The translations under genes were made by a program, and so were the position numbers. 64,000 nt of DNA from Clostridia bacterium (lineage in GTDB: Bacteria; Bacillota; Clostridia; Acetivibrionales; STF1-152), in NCBI GenBank assembly GCA_028280575.1, contig JANQLN010000010.1, forward strand, positions 18,933 through 82,932, in the 5' to 3' direction. Each line of letters begins with the position of its first letter. Within the stretch, counting starts at the first letter, position 1. The notes beneath the pieces are model-generated. The model did not search any database. It was not told the origin of the DNA and saw only the letters and a program-made list of their open reading frames with translations. Positions 18,776 through 26,808 of this stretch are shown here, one piece after another.

Positions 18776-20344
18776 TCAGTTTAATTTTCTCCATTCCTGG
18801 TTAACCTGCTCTGTTATTTTATCTCCGCCGTTTTTCAGCCATCTTTTCTGCATGTCGTCTAGCGCTTCCAGAGGCAGCTGCCCTACAATAACTTTTATGG
18901 TCGTTTCTTCCACCAATTTCAACAACTCTGCATATTCACCCATTGTGGGCACCATACCGTAAAATTCGTTTAGAGCTGTATATTTTTCGGTCATAGAAAT
19001 CGCTTCAAGTATTTCGCTTTCCACCCACCTTCTGTCCGTTACGCTGATAATTCTTGCAGTCCCTTTCACTGATTGAATCTGACCGTCATACAGTAAATTA
19101 ATCCTATTATTTTCTTGATCATAGGTATAATCTTCCCCCTCAAATCCGAATTGAACCAAAATTGCTCCTTCTTCAGACATCAGATAGTCCAAAAGCATTA
19201 TCACCACCTCGGGCTCCGGTGCTTTAGAGGATATTAAAGCGGATCCGCCGCCGCCGGGCTGTCTTCTTTCAAAACCCCTATGCCCTTTCGGCCCTTTAGG
19301 CGGCATAATCATTTTAAGTTCTGCATCTGGGAATGAAGAAACAAGGGATTGGTTCACAGCATTCTTTTTTGAAACATACCACATATGATGTCCCGATGTT
19401 CCGATGATCCCCCTTGAATATTTTTCTTTGTGATCCTTACCTTTTGTAATGATAAATTCAGGGTCGATTACTCCCTCCTTATACCAGTCGCTAAGCAGTT
19501 CTAAAGCCTGCCTATACTCTCCGGCCATATGGGTAGCTACAACTTGGTCCCCTCTTTTGACCCACCCGTAGGTACCGTGTTTATGAACAGGCAAGCCAAA
19601 GGCTCCCATAATATGACCGAAATTCCAGTCAATTCTGTCTCCCAATCCGTAAGTATTATTCTCGCCGTCACCGTCAGGGTCATCAAAGGTCATGGCTCTA
19701 ATTAAGTCATGGTATTGATCCAAGTCGAAATCTTCACTCATCGCTTTTTCGGCAAAGCCCAGTTTTTCCACCCAGTCCCATCTGGCCAGCACTCCATTTA
19801 CATCGCCGCCGTTGCCGGGCTCAGGTCTTCGCCCTTTTGGTATCGCATATATTTCCCCTTCGGATTTAACATATTTCCAAGCCTCAGGCAAAACCATTTT
19901 TTTTATGTTGGGACCGTATTGGTCAATCAAATCTCCTAACGGTATAATAGCGTCTTGTTCTTTCCAGAACTCAAAATTTTCTTTCTTAAAAATATCCGGC
20001 GGAGTCCCTGCCGCCATGTACAGGTTCAACTTGGTATCATAGTCTCCGACAGGTACGAACTCAACCTCAAACTCTATTCCCGAACGTTTCATGACTTCTC
20101 TTGGAATCGGCATCTCGTTATAGGGCATCGCAGGTTGTTCAAAAGCCTGGGGCATCAAAACCGTAATGGGCCTTGTCTGCTTGATTTTTTTTTCTTCTGT
20201 GCCGATGTCTTGCTGTTCCTTCTTATCCTCTTCGGCTCCAATCGGTCCCCGTTGGTCTGCTTCCCTTTGTCCGCACGCTGTCAACACCAATGCATATACC
20301 AATACAAACACCAAACCTAATGCTATAATACTTGATTTCCTCAT
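18776..20344 (-). CDS. Extracellular solute-binding lipoprotein of a CUT1/Lpl-type carbohydrate ABC importer
   Basis: 522 aa with a signal peptide and lipobox (LVLTAC), then a Glu/Lys-rich linker and a large family-1 SBP body. RBS GGAGGAGG. It follows two permease genes. Confidence 0.88.
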   Translation of the reverse strand: MRKSSIIALGLVFVLVYALVLTACGQREADQRGPIGAEEDKKEQQDIGTEEKKIKQTRPITVLMPQAFEQPAMPYNEMPIPREVMKRSGIEFEVEFVPVGDYDTKLNLYMAAGTPPDIFKKENFEFWKEQDAIIPLGDLIDQYGPNIKKMVLPEAWKYVKSEGEIYAIPKGRRPEPGNGGDVNGVLARWDWVEKLGFAEKAMSEDFDLDQYHDLIRAMTFDDPDGDGENNTYGLGDRIDWNFGHIMGAFGLPVHKHGTYGWVKRGDQVVATHMAGEYRQALELLSDWYKEGVIDPEFIITKGKDHKEKYSRGIIGTSGHHMWYVSKKNAVNQSLVSSFPDAELKMIMPPKGPKGHRGFERRQPGGGGSALISSKAPEPEVVIMLLDYLMSEEGAILVQFGFEGEDYTYDQENNRINLLYDGQIQSVKGTARIISVTDRRWVESEILEAISMTEKYTALNEFYGMVPTMGEYAELLKLVEETTIKVIVGQLPLEALDDMQKRWLKNGGDKITEQVNQEWRKLN

Positions 20345-20414
20345 TATTAACCTCCTCCATTTCTAAAGACATCTTAAAACACTAATCCAACTCAGGGTTT
20401 ATAGATATCACGCT

Positions 20415-21290
20415 TTACCCTTTTAAAGATCCCACCATCACCCCTTTCACAAAATACTTTTGAATAAACGGATAGACAAACAGAATCGGTACGGTTACAA
20501 CAATGATGGTTGTGGCTTTAACTGCTTCCGGCACATCTAGAGTATCCTCTTCCGCTCCGGCTAAAAATTCGGTAACTTGAGAAAGCATTACAATCTCTCT
20601 TAATAATAATTGTAAGACAATTTTACCGCGTTCCTGAATATAGATAAGGCAGAGAAAGAAATCATTCCAATACATGACTGCATACCATAAAGAAATGGTA
20701 GCTATCACGGGCAGGGACAAAGGAAATACGATCTGGAAAAATATCCTATATGTCCCCGCCCCATCTATGGTTGCAGCTTCTTCCAAGTCATCTGGCATAT
20801 TTTGAAAAAAGTTTCTGGTAATGATAAGATTAAAAGGCATAATAATTGTCGGCAGTATAAGCGCCAACCTGGAATTAATTAACCCAAGGTTCTTAACCAC
20901 AAGATAAGTGGGAATGATGCCTCCGCTAAACAACATTGTAAAAACAACCATCAGTGTAAATACGGTTTTACCCGGTAAAAACTTTTTAGATAAAGAATAG
21001 GCCATTATTGCTGTTAAAAACACACTTGATATTGTTCCTAAAACGGTCACCAATATTGAATTCTTAAAAGCATTCCATATGGAAATAGAACTCAATACCC
21101 TTTCATAGGCTGCTGTCGAAAAACCGTTGGGAGTGAGAAAGAAACCTCCTTTCAATGCTCCCTCGGGGCTGCTTAACGACAGGTTAATCAAATACACAAA
21201 AGGATACAACATGGTTATGGCCAATAAAATCATAAAAATAACGTTTCCTGAATCAAAAATTCTCTCTCCCCAGCTTTTTTTGTTTATCAT
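20415..21290 (-). CDS. Carbohydrate ABC transporter permease (LplC/MalG-like)
   Basis: Six TM segments and the EAA loop DDLEEAATIDGAGTYRIFFQIVFP. I use the ATG at 21290 (MINKKSWGERIF...) with GGAGGAAG upstream rather than the track start at 21338, which would overlap the upstream gene. Confidence 0.9.
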   Translation of the reverse strand: MINKKSWGERIFDSGNVIFMILLAITMLYPFVYLINLSLSSPEGALKGGFFLTPNGFSTAAYERVLSSISIWNAFKNSILVTVLGTISSVFLTAIMAYSLSKKFLPGKTVFTLMVVFTMLFSGGIIPTYLVVKNLGLINSRLALILPTIIMPFNLIITRNFFQNMPDDLEEAATIDGAGTYRIFFQIVFPLSLPVIATISLWYAVMYWNDFFLCLIYIQERGKIVLQLLLREIVMLSQVTEFLAGAEEDTLDVPEAVKATTIIVVTVPILFVYPFIQKYFVKGVMVGSLKG

Positions 21291-21303
21291 AAATGCTTCC
21301 TCC

Positions 21304-22272
21304 TTACCAAATACCCGATTGACCAAACCATTTGGCAATTTTATTTGTCACAATGACCATTATAAGTCCCACAACGCCCTTAAAGAGTCCCACCGCAGTG
21401 GCAAAACTATACTGGGATTGTGTCAGTCCGACCCTATATACGAAAGTGCCGAAGACATCGGCAATATCATACACCGCTGGATTGTATAAAACCAATATCT
21501 GTTGAAAACCTACGTCCAAAATACGGCCTACTCTCAAGATCAACAGCACGACTATCACGCTTCCTATGGAGGGCAGAGTAATATGCAAAGCTTGCTGCCA
21601 GCGGTTGGCGCCGTCCACAATTGCTGATTCATATATCTCAGGATTTATACTTGTTATTGCAGATAAATATACAATTGTACCCCAGCCGCTATTTTTCCAA
21701 ATTTCCGTGATAACCAGAACGGAACGGAACCATCTGCGATCTGCCAGGAAAAAGACCGGTTTTCCTCCAAACAGCTCAATTAAATAATTTACTACACCGG
21801 TACTGGGAGATAATATGACATAAGCAATACTGCCTACGATAACCCATGAAATAAAATGGGGAAGATATACGATGGTCTGTATTGTTCGTTTAAACACCAG
21901 CTTTCTCAATTCATTCAGTAAAAGCGCTAAAATAATAGGGGCAGGAAAACCAAAAATCAACTTGTACAAACTAATGATCAACGTATTGCGAAATACATTC
22001 CAGAACTCGGGCGAATCGAACAATCTTACAAAGTGTTTGATCCCAACCCACTCACTGCCATGTATACCTCTAAAAGGGCTAAAATCCTTAAAGGCAATTG
22101 AAATTCCATACATGGGAGCATATTTGAACACTATAAAATAGATGAGTCCCGGAAGCAACAATACATAAAAGGCTCTATACTTCCAAACAAGTTTCATCAT
22201 ATGATCCATAGAGGATACAAACTTTTCAACATAACCATATTTTGTCTCTATACCAGCCTTTTCTAAAGACAC
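21304..22272 (-). CDS. Carbohydrate ABC transporter permease (LplB/MalF-like)
   Basis: 322 aa, polytopic, with the EAA-like loop EIYESAIVDGANRWQQALHITLP. The GTG start at 22272 is preceded by AGAGAGGTG. Confidence 0.88.
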   Translation of the reverse strand: MSLEKAGIETKYGYVEKFVSSMDHMMKLVWKYRAFYVLLLPGLIYFIVFKYAPMYGISIAFKDFSPFRGIHGSEWVGIKHFVRLFDSPEFWNVFRNTLIISLYKLIFGFPAPIILALLLNELRKLVFKRTIQTIVYLPHFISWVIVGSIAYVILSPSTGVVNYLIELFGGKPVFFLADRRWFRSVLVITEIWKNSGWGTIVYLSAITSINPEIYESAIVDGANRWQQALHITLPSIGSVIVVLLILRVGRILDVGFQQILVLYNPAVYDIADVFGTFVYRVGLTQSQYSFATAVGLFKGVVGLIMVIVTNKIAKWFGQSGIW

Positions 22273-22296
22273 CGCTTACACCTCTCTTTGATTTAG

Positions 22297-22327
22297 CCGT
22301 TGAACCCGACGCCGCCGGGTTCAACGG
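22297..22327 (-). other. Intercistronic GC-rich stem-loop between the GH2-like gene and the transporter genes
   Basis: CCGTTGAACCCG (22297..22308) and CGGGTTCAACGG (22316..22327) form a perfect 12-bp stem with a 7-nt loop. On the transcribed (minus) strand no U-tract follows, so it is not a canonical terminator. Confidence 0.6.
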
Positions 22328-22356
22328 TTTGTTTACGAACAGCTTAATACATCAAT

Positions 22357-25300
22357 TCAGGGCTGCGGTCCGGTATCCTCGGTTAACATATACCGCAGCA
22401 GCTGATCAAACATATAGGCGCTTTCCGGTCTGTCCAGATTATAATACAGACTGGAAACCATAAGCGTTCCTTGCCCTTTTTGCGCTTCAAACAAATAGGA
22501 TAAGGGGCGATTTCCCTTCTTTTCAGCTACAGCGCCATCCTCACTGCCCTCTATAGTCCGCCAGTAATCAATAACCCGTATAATAGGCGTTACGTTATAA
22601 GTATCCCATTTGGCGGCGTCCAGATAGACAGCCGTACAGCCCTCCGGTTTGTCACTGGTATGAACATTGTGTATCAAATCAACCAGACCGAAATCCATAT
22701 AACCCTCATGGGGAATATTTTTCATAGCAGGATGGGTGCCGTCAATCACTTCACCCCAAGTTACTCTCTCCGCATAAAATCCGCTGGTTGTCATATAGGT
22801 AGCCCATTTCCTGGGCACTCTGCGTGGATTTTGTGCAAATCCCCAATCCTTCTCCTTTTCTTCGTATACGCCTCTTGCAAATATGAACGCTTTACCTCCG
22901 TTATTGATATGCTTATCCAGAACCTCAGATTGATGATCCGTAATAAAAATATCCGCCGCCGATGGCGGGTTCGTCGTTACAAAAGGATATTTGCTTTTGA
23001 TCTGCCCTGACAGACCGATATCCTTAATATCCACGACTATCTTTTTATCAGTATGACTCATATACGTATCCGGATAAACCCAGTACAGCCATTCATTATC
23101 TATATTTACCGATGTACTCGTGAACTGCCCCACTAATTTGTATCGTTTTCCCACCATAACTTCCGGCAATACCAAACTGACCTTTGCCAGCTCTGTCAAG
23201 TCTCCGTTTTTCAGGGAAATATTCTCTGCAGCCCCTCTACTGATTACCTCACCGGTATCCTCCTCTTTAAACGACCATTCAAGCCGTCCTCCGCTGATAT
23301 CCTGTAATCCCGTATGATGTATATGGATGCTTTCGTTAAAGGCTCCTTTACTGAAAAACTGCCTTTCTTGGTACTTCGAAACCGGAAGCAGCACTGTTTC
23401 ACCATTGGATTTTAAAAATTCCTCCGCCGTCGTATTGGTTGGGGCATAGAAATCATCCAATACCCCCATCCTAAGTAATCCGGTATCCTGTGCAAGCCAC
23501 ATGATATAACCATCCATAGTTTCATAGGCTGTCCTGTACCACTCTATACCATATTTTCTGGTCATTTTCTGAAGCTCTCCGGATTTTTCCGCAAATATCG
23601 GCAGCAAATCGGTTAACCCGCTCTTTGCCGCAGATGCTTTCGTATAGTTTATCTGCCAGGGTGTCAGCGGAGAGTTCCAATATTTCTCTTCCAGCCTAAT
23701 ATCCGGATATGCCGACCAATGACCATATTCGTGCCTGAAACAAGGAATATTCTTAACGTCACTATTATGGGTAATCACATCGCACCATTTCCTTACGGCC
23801 GGGCTGTCCGGTCCCCCGGAAGACGACATAACAAATCTTGTGTCGTCAAAAGCCTTAGCCGTATCATAGGCATATTTCATGATGGGATGCACATTAGTGC
23901 CTGTCTGTTCATTACCCATAGACGTAACCATTTTGGAAGGACTATTCAAATCCCGGCGGATGATATGATCCCACATATCCCTTCTAACTATTTCGCTATA
24001 GGGATTTTTCTTGTAATAGGTGCCAATAATCCCGGCTTCTTGTTGTATGAACAAACCCAGTTCGTCGGCCACATCAAGAAATTCCGGCGCCGGAATGCTG
24101 CTGTGGAGCCTGATATAATTAAAACCATAATTTTTCAGCTGCTGAAGATTGCTTCTAATCACATTCCTGTCAGTCTCGGGGGACAAACTGTTTGGGTAAA
24201 CGTTTAAAAAGCCCGTGCCCCTAACATAAAAGAGTTCATTGTTAACGTATAGTTTACCGTGCGATGTGCTTAATTTTCGCATGCCAAAATAGTCTCTCAA
24301 CCCATCCTTTCCCCCTTGGCTTTCAATCAAAATTTCTGCCTCGTATAACTTGGGATGCTCCGGGTGCCACAGCTCCGCACCGGACATATCCACCTCAAAT
24401 GCCACCTCAGCTACCGAACTCGCAGGAACAAAAGCGTTAGCATCCGCACTCTTAAAATCTCTCCCGTTGTCTTTAATCTTTGCCTGGAGCCTGATCTCTC
24501 TGTCCGCAGTATCAAGGTTTTCTACCCACACTTTGACGGCTGCTTTTTGATTGTCAATATCAGGTTTCATGAAAAAGCGCTGTATCCTGACTTTAACTGT
24601 CTGCTCCACTTCCACGCTTCTGAACAGACCGGAAAAGAAATTCATCCTGTTATAACCGCTGCCCATTATCCTTGCAAAAAAATCTTCATCAATCTTAACA
24701 ACCAGTGTATTTTTCTGACCTATCCGGGCAATATCGGTTATATCATATGCAAAAGGCACAAAAGCACCCTTATGATAACCGACATATTGACCATTAAGCC
24801 ATATTTTTGCTGCCGGCAGCACTCCTCCGAACTTTATAAATATAGGATGGTCGACCTTCCAGTCGGCCGGGATGTCAAAGGCTTTCTTATACCACGAAGG
24901 CGGGTAAGCTGCCGCCTTGATTTTCTTGAACCTCAGACTAGCTGCCGGTATATGGGATAAATCATCTCTATAACCGGCTGCCATAAGGTTGCCGGGAACA
25001 GCAATCTTTTCGGAAAATGCAGTAGTTCCCTCATACCATTTTTCTTGTTCGCCTTGGTCCCAAGGGTCGTCTTTAAATTCAAAAATGCCGTCAAGTTTGA
25101 GGTTTTTTCTGACGTCGTGCACCGGTAGTTCCGGATTAACAATTGCAGGCATATACTTAGGGTAATTGCTGGGGTCCCACTCCCAAGCGATTTCATTTAT
25201 TCTTTTCTCCCCTAATGCATAGTTATAAATAGACAACTCGTCAATACTGCCCAGCCATGCACTTCTATCAAGGCTGTTCCCCACTGTAAACGCTCCTGAA

Positions 25301-26496
25301 AAAGCTGTCGGGACTGCTGTACTCTCTCCTGCCAATTCACCGTCAATATACATCCCTATTTTTCGACCGTCATATCTTAGTACAACATGATGCCACATCT
25401 TGTCCGTAACCGCCGTATTTGATTTTAAAGCTGCTTCCCCCACCAAATCACTCACAATATATCCGCCGGCATCCCTATAAAACCAGTCCAATCCCTTTTG
25501 GCTGAGAATACTGCCTTCCCTATTGTCTTCCGGATATATCCATGTTGCGATTGTAAAGCCTTTGCTGTCCGGGCCAAACACATCGGGCAGTGAAATATAA
25601 TCATCTTGTCCGTCAAAACGGAAGCAGCCGTTTTTAATACCTGCTTTTTGCCATGAAGCACCATGGACTGTCCCGTGATGGCCCTGATTACTTGAATCCG
25701 CGATCTTTCCCAGAGTATCTTGATCTACACTCATTTCCCAATATCCTGCCAGTTGTCCTGTTTGAATGATTTCATACTCCAGCCCTGAATTTTTAACGAT
25801 ATTTCCAATCTCTTCCGGACTCAATACCCCATTGTATATACGTACATCATCGATATACCCGGACCATTTGTTCCCTTTGTCCGGCGTTCTGGTACCTACA
25901 TACATTATATTTCCCCAGGTCCTCTTAGATGCTCCGGCCAGAGACGCCTCATCGTCAAGCACACCATTGACATACAGCTTCAATTTTTTAGCCTTACCAT
26001 CATTTACCACCGCTATATGATACCATTTACGATCTTCCATTTTATAATCTGTTGACTTCACTTCTGCTTTGTTATAGATGGGAACCTTTATATTTCCCTC
26101 AGCAGCTTTTACAATCCATCCTGCAGCCGTACCGGCGTTTCCGCTGCCCATTATATTCCTGAATGCCGTCGCATTGATGGGCTTGACCCAAAGCATATAC
26201 GTAAAATCATCCGATAACTCCGTTTCAGGATTGAGCGGCAACTGAACATAACCATTATTAAACCCATAACATTGCCCGCCAACTCCGTCGTCGTTTATAA
26301 CCGTTACACCGGCATCAGATACAATCCCATTCCGCCCGTTGCCGCTTGAATCTCCGGCGCTGCCGTTAAATTTCCAGTGCCCCAGCAACGCTGTTTGTGC
26401 TGAAACAGGCTGTTTTACGGCCGGTAATAGAGACAGCACAAACACAAGCATCAACATAGCCGATAAGCCTTTTTTCATTATTTCCCTTAAATACAT
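22357..26496 (-). CDS. Secreted multidomain glycoside hydrolase: signal peptide, two LamG/concanavalin-like lectin domains, GH2-like catalytic module
   Basis: The start is moved to the ATG at 26496 (MYLREIMKKGLSAMLMLVFVLSLLPAVKQPVSAQ), which has GGAGGGG 5 nt upstream. Two repeats of the LamG_3-type pattern are present (...SGNGRNG...WVKP...LKLYVNGVLD...IDDVRIYN and ...SNQGHHG...TWIYP...IGMYIDGELA...IDELSIYN). A GH2 sugar-binding-like segment follows (WYKKAFDIPADW...IKFGGVLPAAKIWLNGQYVGYHKGAFVPFAYDITD). The TIM-barrel segment (NYIRLHSSIPAPEFLDVADELGLFIQQE) has a candidate acid/base in SMGNEQ and a candidate nucleophile in RHEYGHW. Confidence 0.8.
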   Translation of the reverse strand: MYLREIMKKGLSAMLMLVFVLSLLPAVKQPVSAQTALLGHWKFNGSAGDSSGNGRNGIVSDAGVTVINDDGVGGQCYGFNNGYVQLPLNPETELSDDFTYMLWVKPINATAFRNIMGSGNAGTAAGWIVKAAEGNIKVPIYNKAEVKSTDYKMEDRKWYHIAVVNDGKAKKLKLYVNGVLDDEASLAGASKRTWGNIMYVGTRTPDKGNKWSGYIDDVRIYNGVLSPEEIGNIVKNSGLEYEIIQTGQLAGYWEMSVDQDTLGKIADSSNQGHHGTVHGASWQKAGIKNGCFRFDGQDDYISLPDVFGPDSKGFTIATWIYPEDNREGSILSQKGLDWFYRDAGGYIVSDLVGEAALKSNTAVTDKMWHHVVLRYDGRKIGMYIDGELAGESTAVPTAFSGAFTVGNSLDRSAWLGSIDELSIYNYALGEKRINEIAWEWDPSNYPKYMPAIVNPELPVHDVRKNLKLDGIFEFKDDPWDQGEQEKWYEGTTAFSEKIAVPGNLMAAGYRDDLSHIPAASLRFKKIKAAAYPPSWYKKAFDIPADWKVDHPIFIKFGGVLPAAKIWLNGQYVGYHKGAFVPFAYDITDIARIGQKNTLVVKIDEDFFARIMGSGYNRMNFFSGLFRSVEVEQTVKVRIQRFFMKPDIDNQKAAVKVWVENLDTADREIRLQAKIKDNGRDFKSADANAFVPASSVAEVAFEVDMSGAELWHPEHPKLYEAEILIESQGGKDGLRDYFGMRKLSTSHGKLYVNNELFYVRGTGFLNVYPNSLSPETDRNVIRSNLQQLKNYGFNYIRLHSSIPAPEFLDVADELGLFIQQEAGIIGTYYKKNPYSEIVRRDMWDHIIRRDLNSPSKMVTSMGNEQTGTNVHPIMKYAYDTAKAFDDTRFVMSSSGGPDSPAVRKWCDVITHNSDVKNIPCFRHEYGHWSAYPDIRLEEKYWNSPLTPWQINYTKASAAKSGLTDLLPIFAEKSGELQKMTRKYGIEWYRTAYETMDGYIMWLAQDTGLLRMGVLDDFYAPTNTTAEEFLKSNGETVLLPVSKYQERQFFSKGAFNESIHIHHTGLQDISGGRLEWSFKEEDTGEVISRGAAENISLKNGDLTELAKVSLVLPEVMVGKRYKLVGQFTSTSVNIDNEWLYWVYPDTYMSHTDKKIVVDIKDIGLSGQIKSKYPFVTTNPPSAADIFITDHQSEVLDKHINNGGKAFIFARGVYEEKEKDWGFAQNPRRVPRKWATYMTTSGFYAERVTWGEVIDGTHPAMKNIPHEGYMDFGLVDLIHNVHTSDKPEGCTAVYLDAAKWDTYNVTPIIRVIDYWRTIEGSEDGAVAEKKGNRPLSYLFEAQKGQGTLMVSSLYYNLDRPESAYMFDQLLRYMLTEDTGPQP

Positions 26497-26517
26497 TTTT
26501 ACCCCTCCATCTTGACA

Positions 26518-26557
26518 GATTTTTTGTTCTAATCCTATAGCTTTAGAACAAAAAATC
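26518..26557. promoter_or_regulatory. Perfect 15-bp-arm inverted repeat in the 5' UTR of the GH2-like gene
   Basis: GATTTTTTGTTCTAA (26518..26532), a 10-nt spacer, then TTAGAACAAAAAATC (26543..26557), an exact reverse complement. It lies 22-61 nt upstream of the start codon at 26496 and downstream of the predicted promoter. Confidence 0.8.
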
Positions 26558-26645
26558 TCGGAACATAAACATTTCTTTGCTGCAATAATATTTGATAATT
26601 TCATATTAATATGTATGTCATTTTTTTAAAAGCCAAAATTTTTGT

Positions 26646-26674
26646 ATTATATGTTTAAAAAATTATACTTTCAA
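26646..26674 (-). promoter_or_regulatory. Putative sigma-A promoter of the GH2-like/ABC operon
   Basis: The minus strand reads TTGAAA (26674..26669), a 17-nt spacer, then TATAAT (26651..26646). This implies a 5' UTR of about 140 nt. Confidence 0.55.
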
Positions 26675-26783
26675 TGTATAGTTTTTGTGGTTAATGTACA
26701 AAAATTATGCTTTCGCTCGTCCTATGTGTCTCCTTCTGTGCATTTCCGACACGAATATAGTAAGTGCCAATAATTGCTGCAGG

Positions 26784-26808
26784 CAAAAAAAAAGAGGAAA
26801 GCTCCTCT
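26784..26808 (-). terminator. Intrinsic terminator after the membrane AraC regulator gene
   Basis: The minus strand reads AGAGGA gctt TCCTCT followed by T9 (the A-run at 26784..26792 on +). The stem overlaps the TAG stop at 26807..26809. Confidence 0.7.

Noticed and set aside
26497-26604. 36-codon N-terminal extension of the GH2-like ORF (MKLSNIIAAKKCLCSEIFCSK...).
   Set aside because: The extension would precede the signal peptide and has no RBS. It is encoded by the 5' UTR containing the 15-bp-arm palindrome. The ATG at 26496 has a strong GGAGGGG and yields a normal signal peptide.
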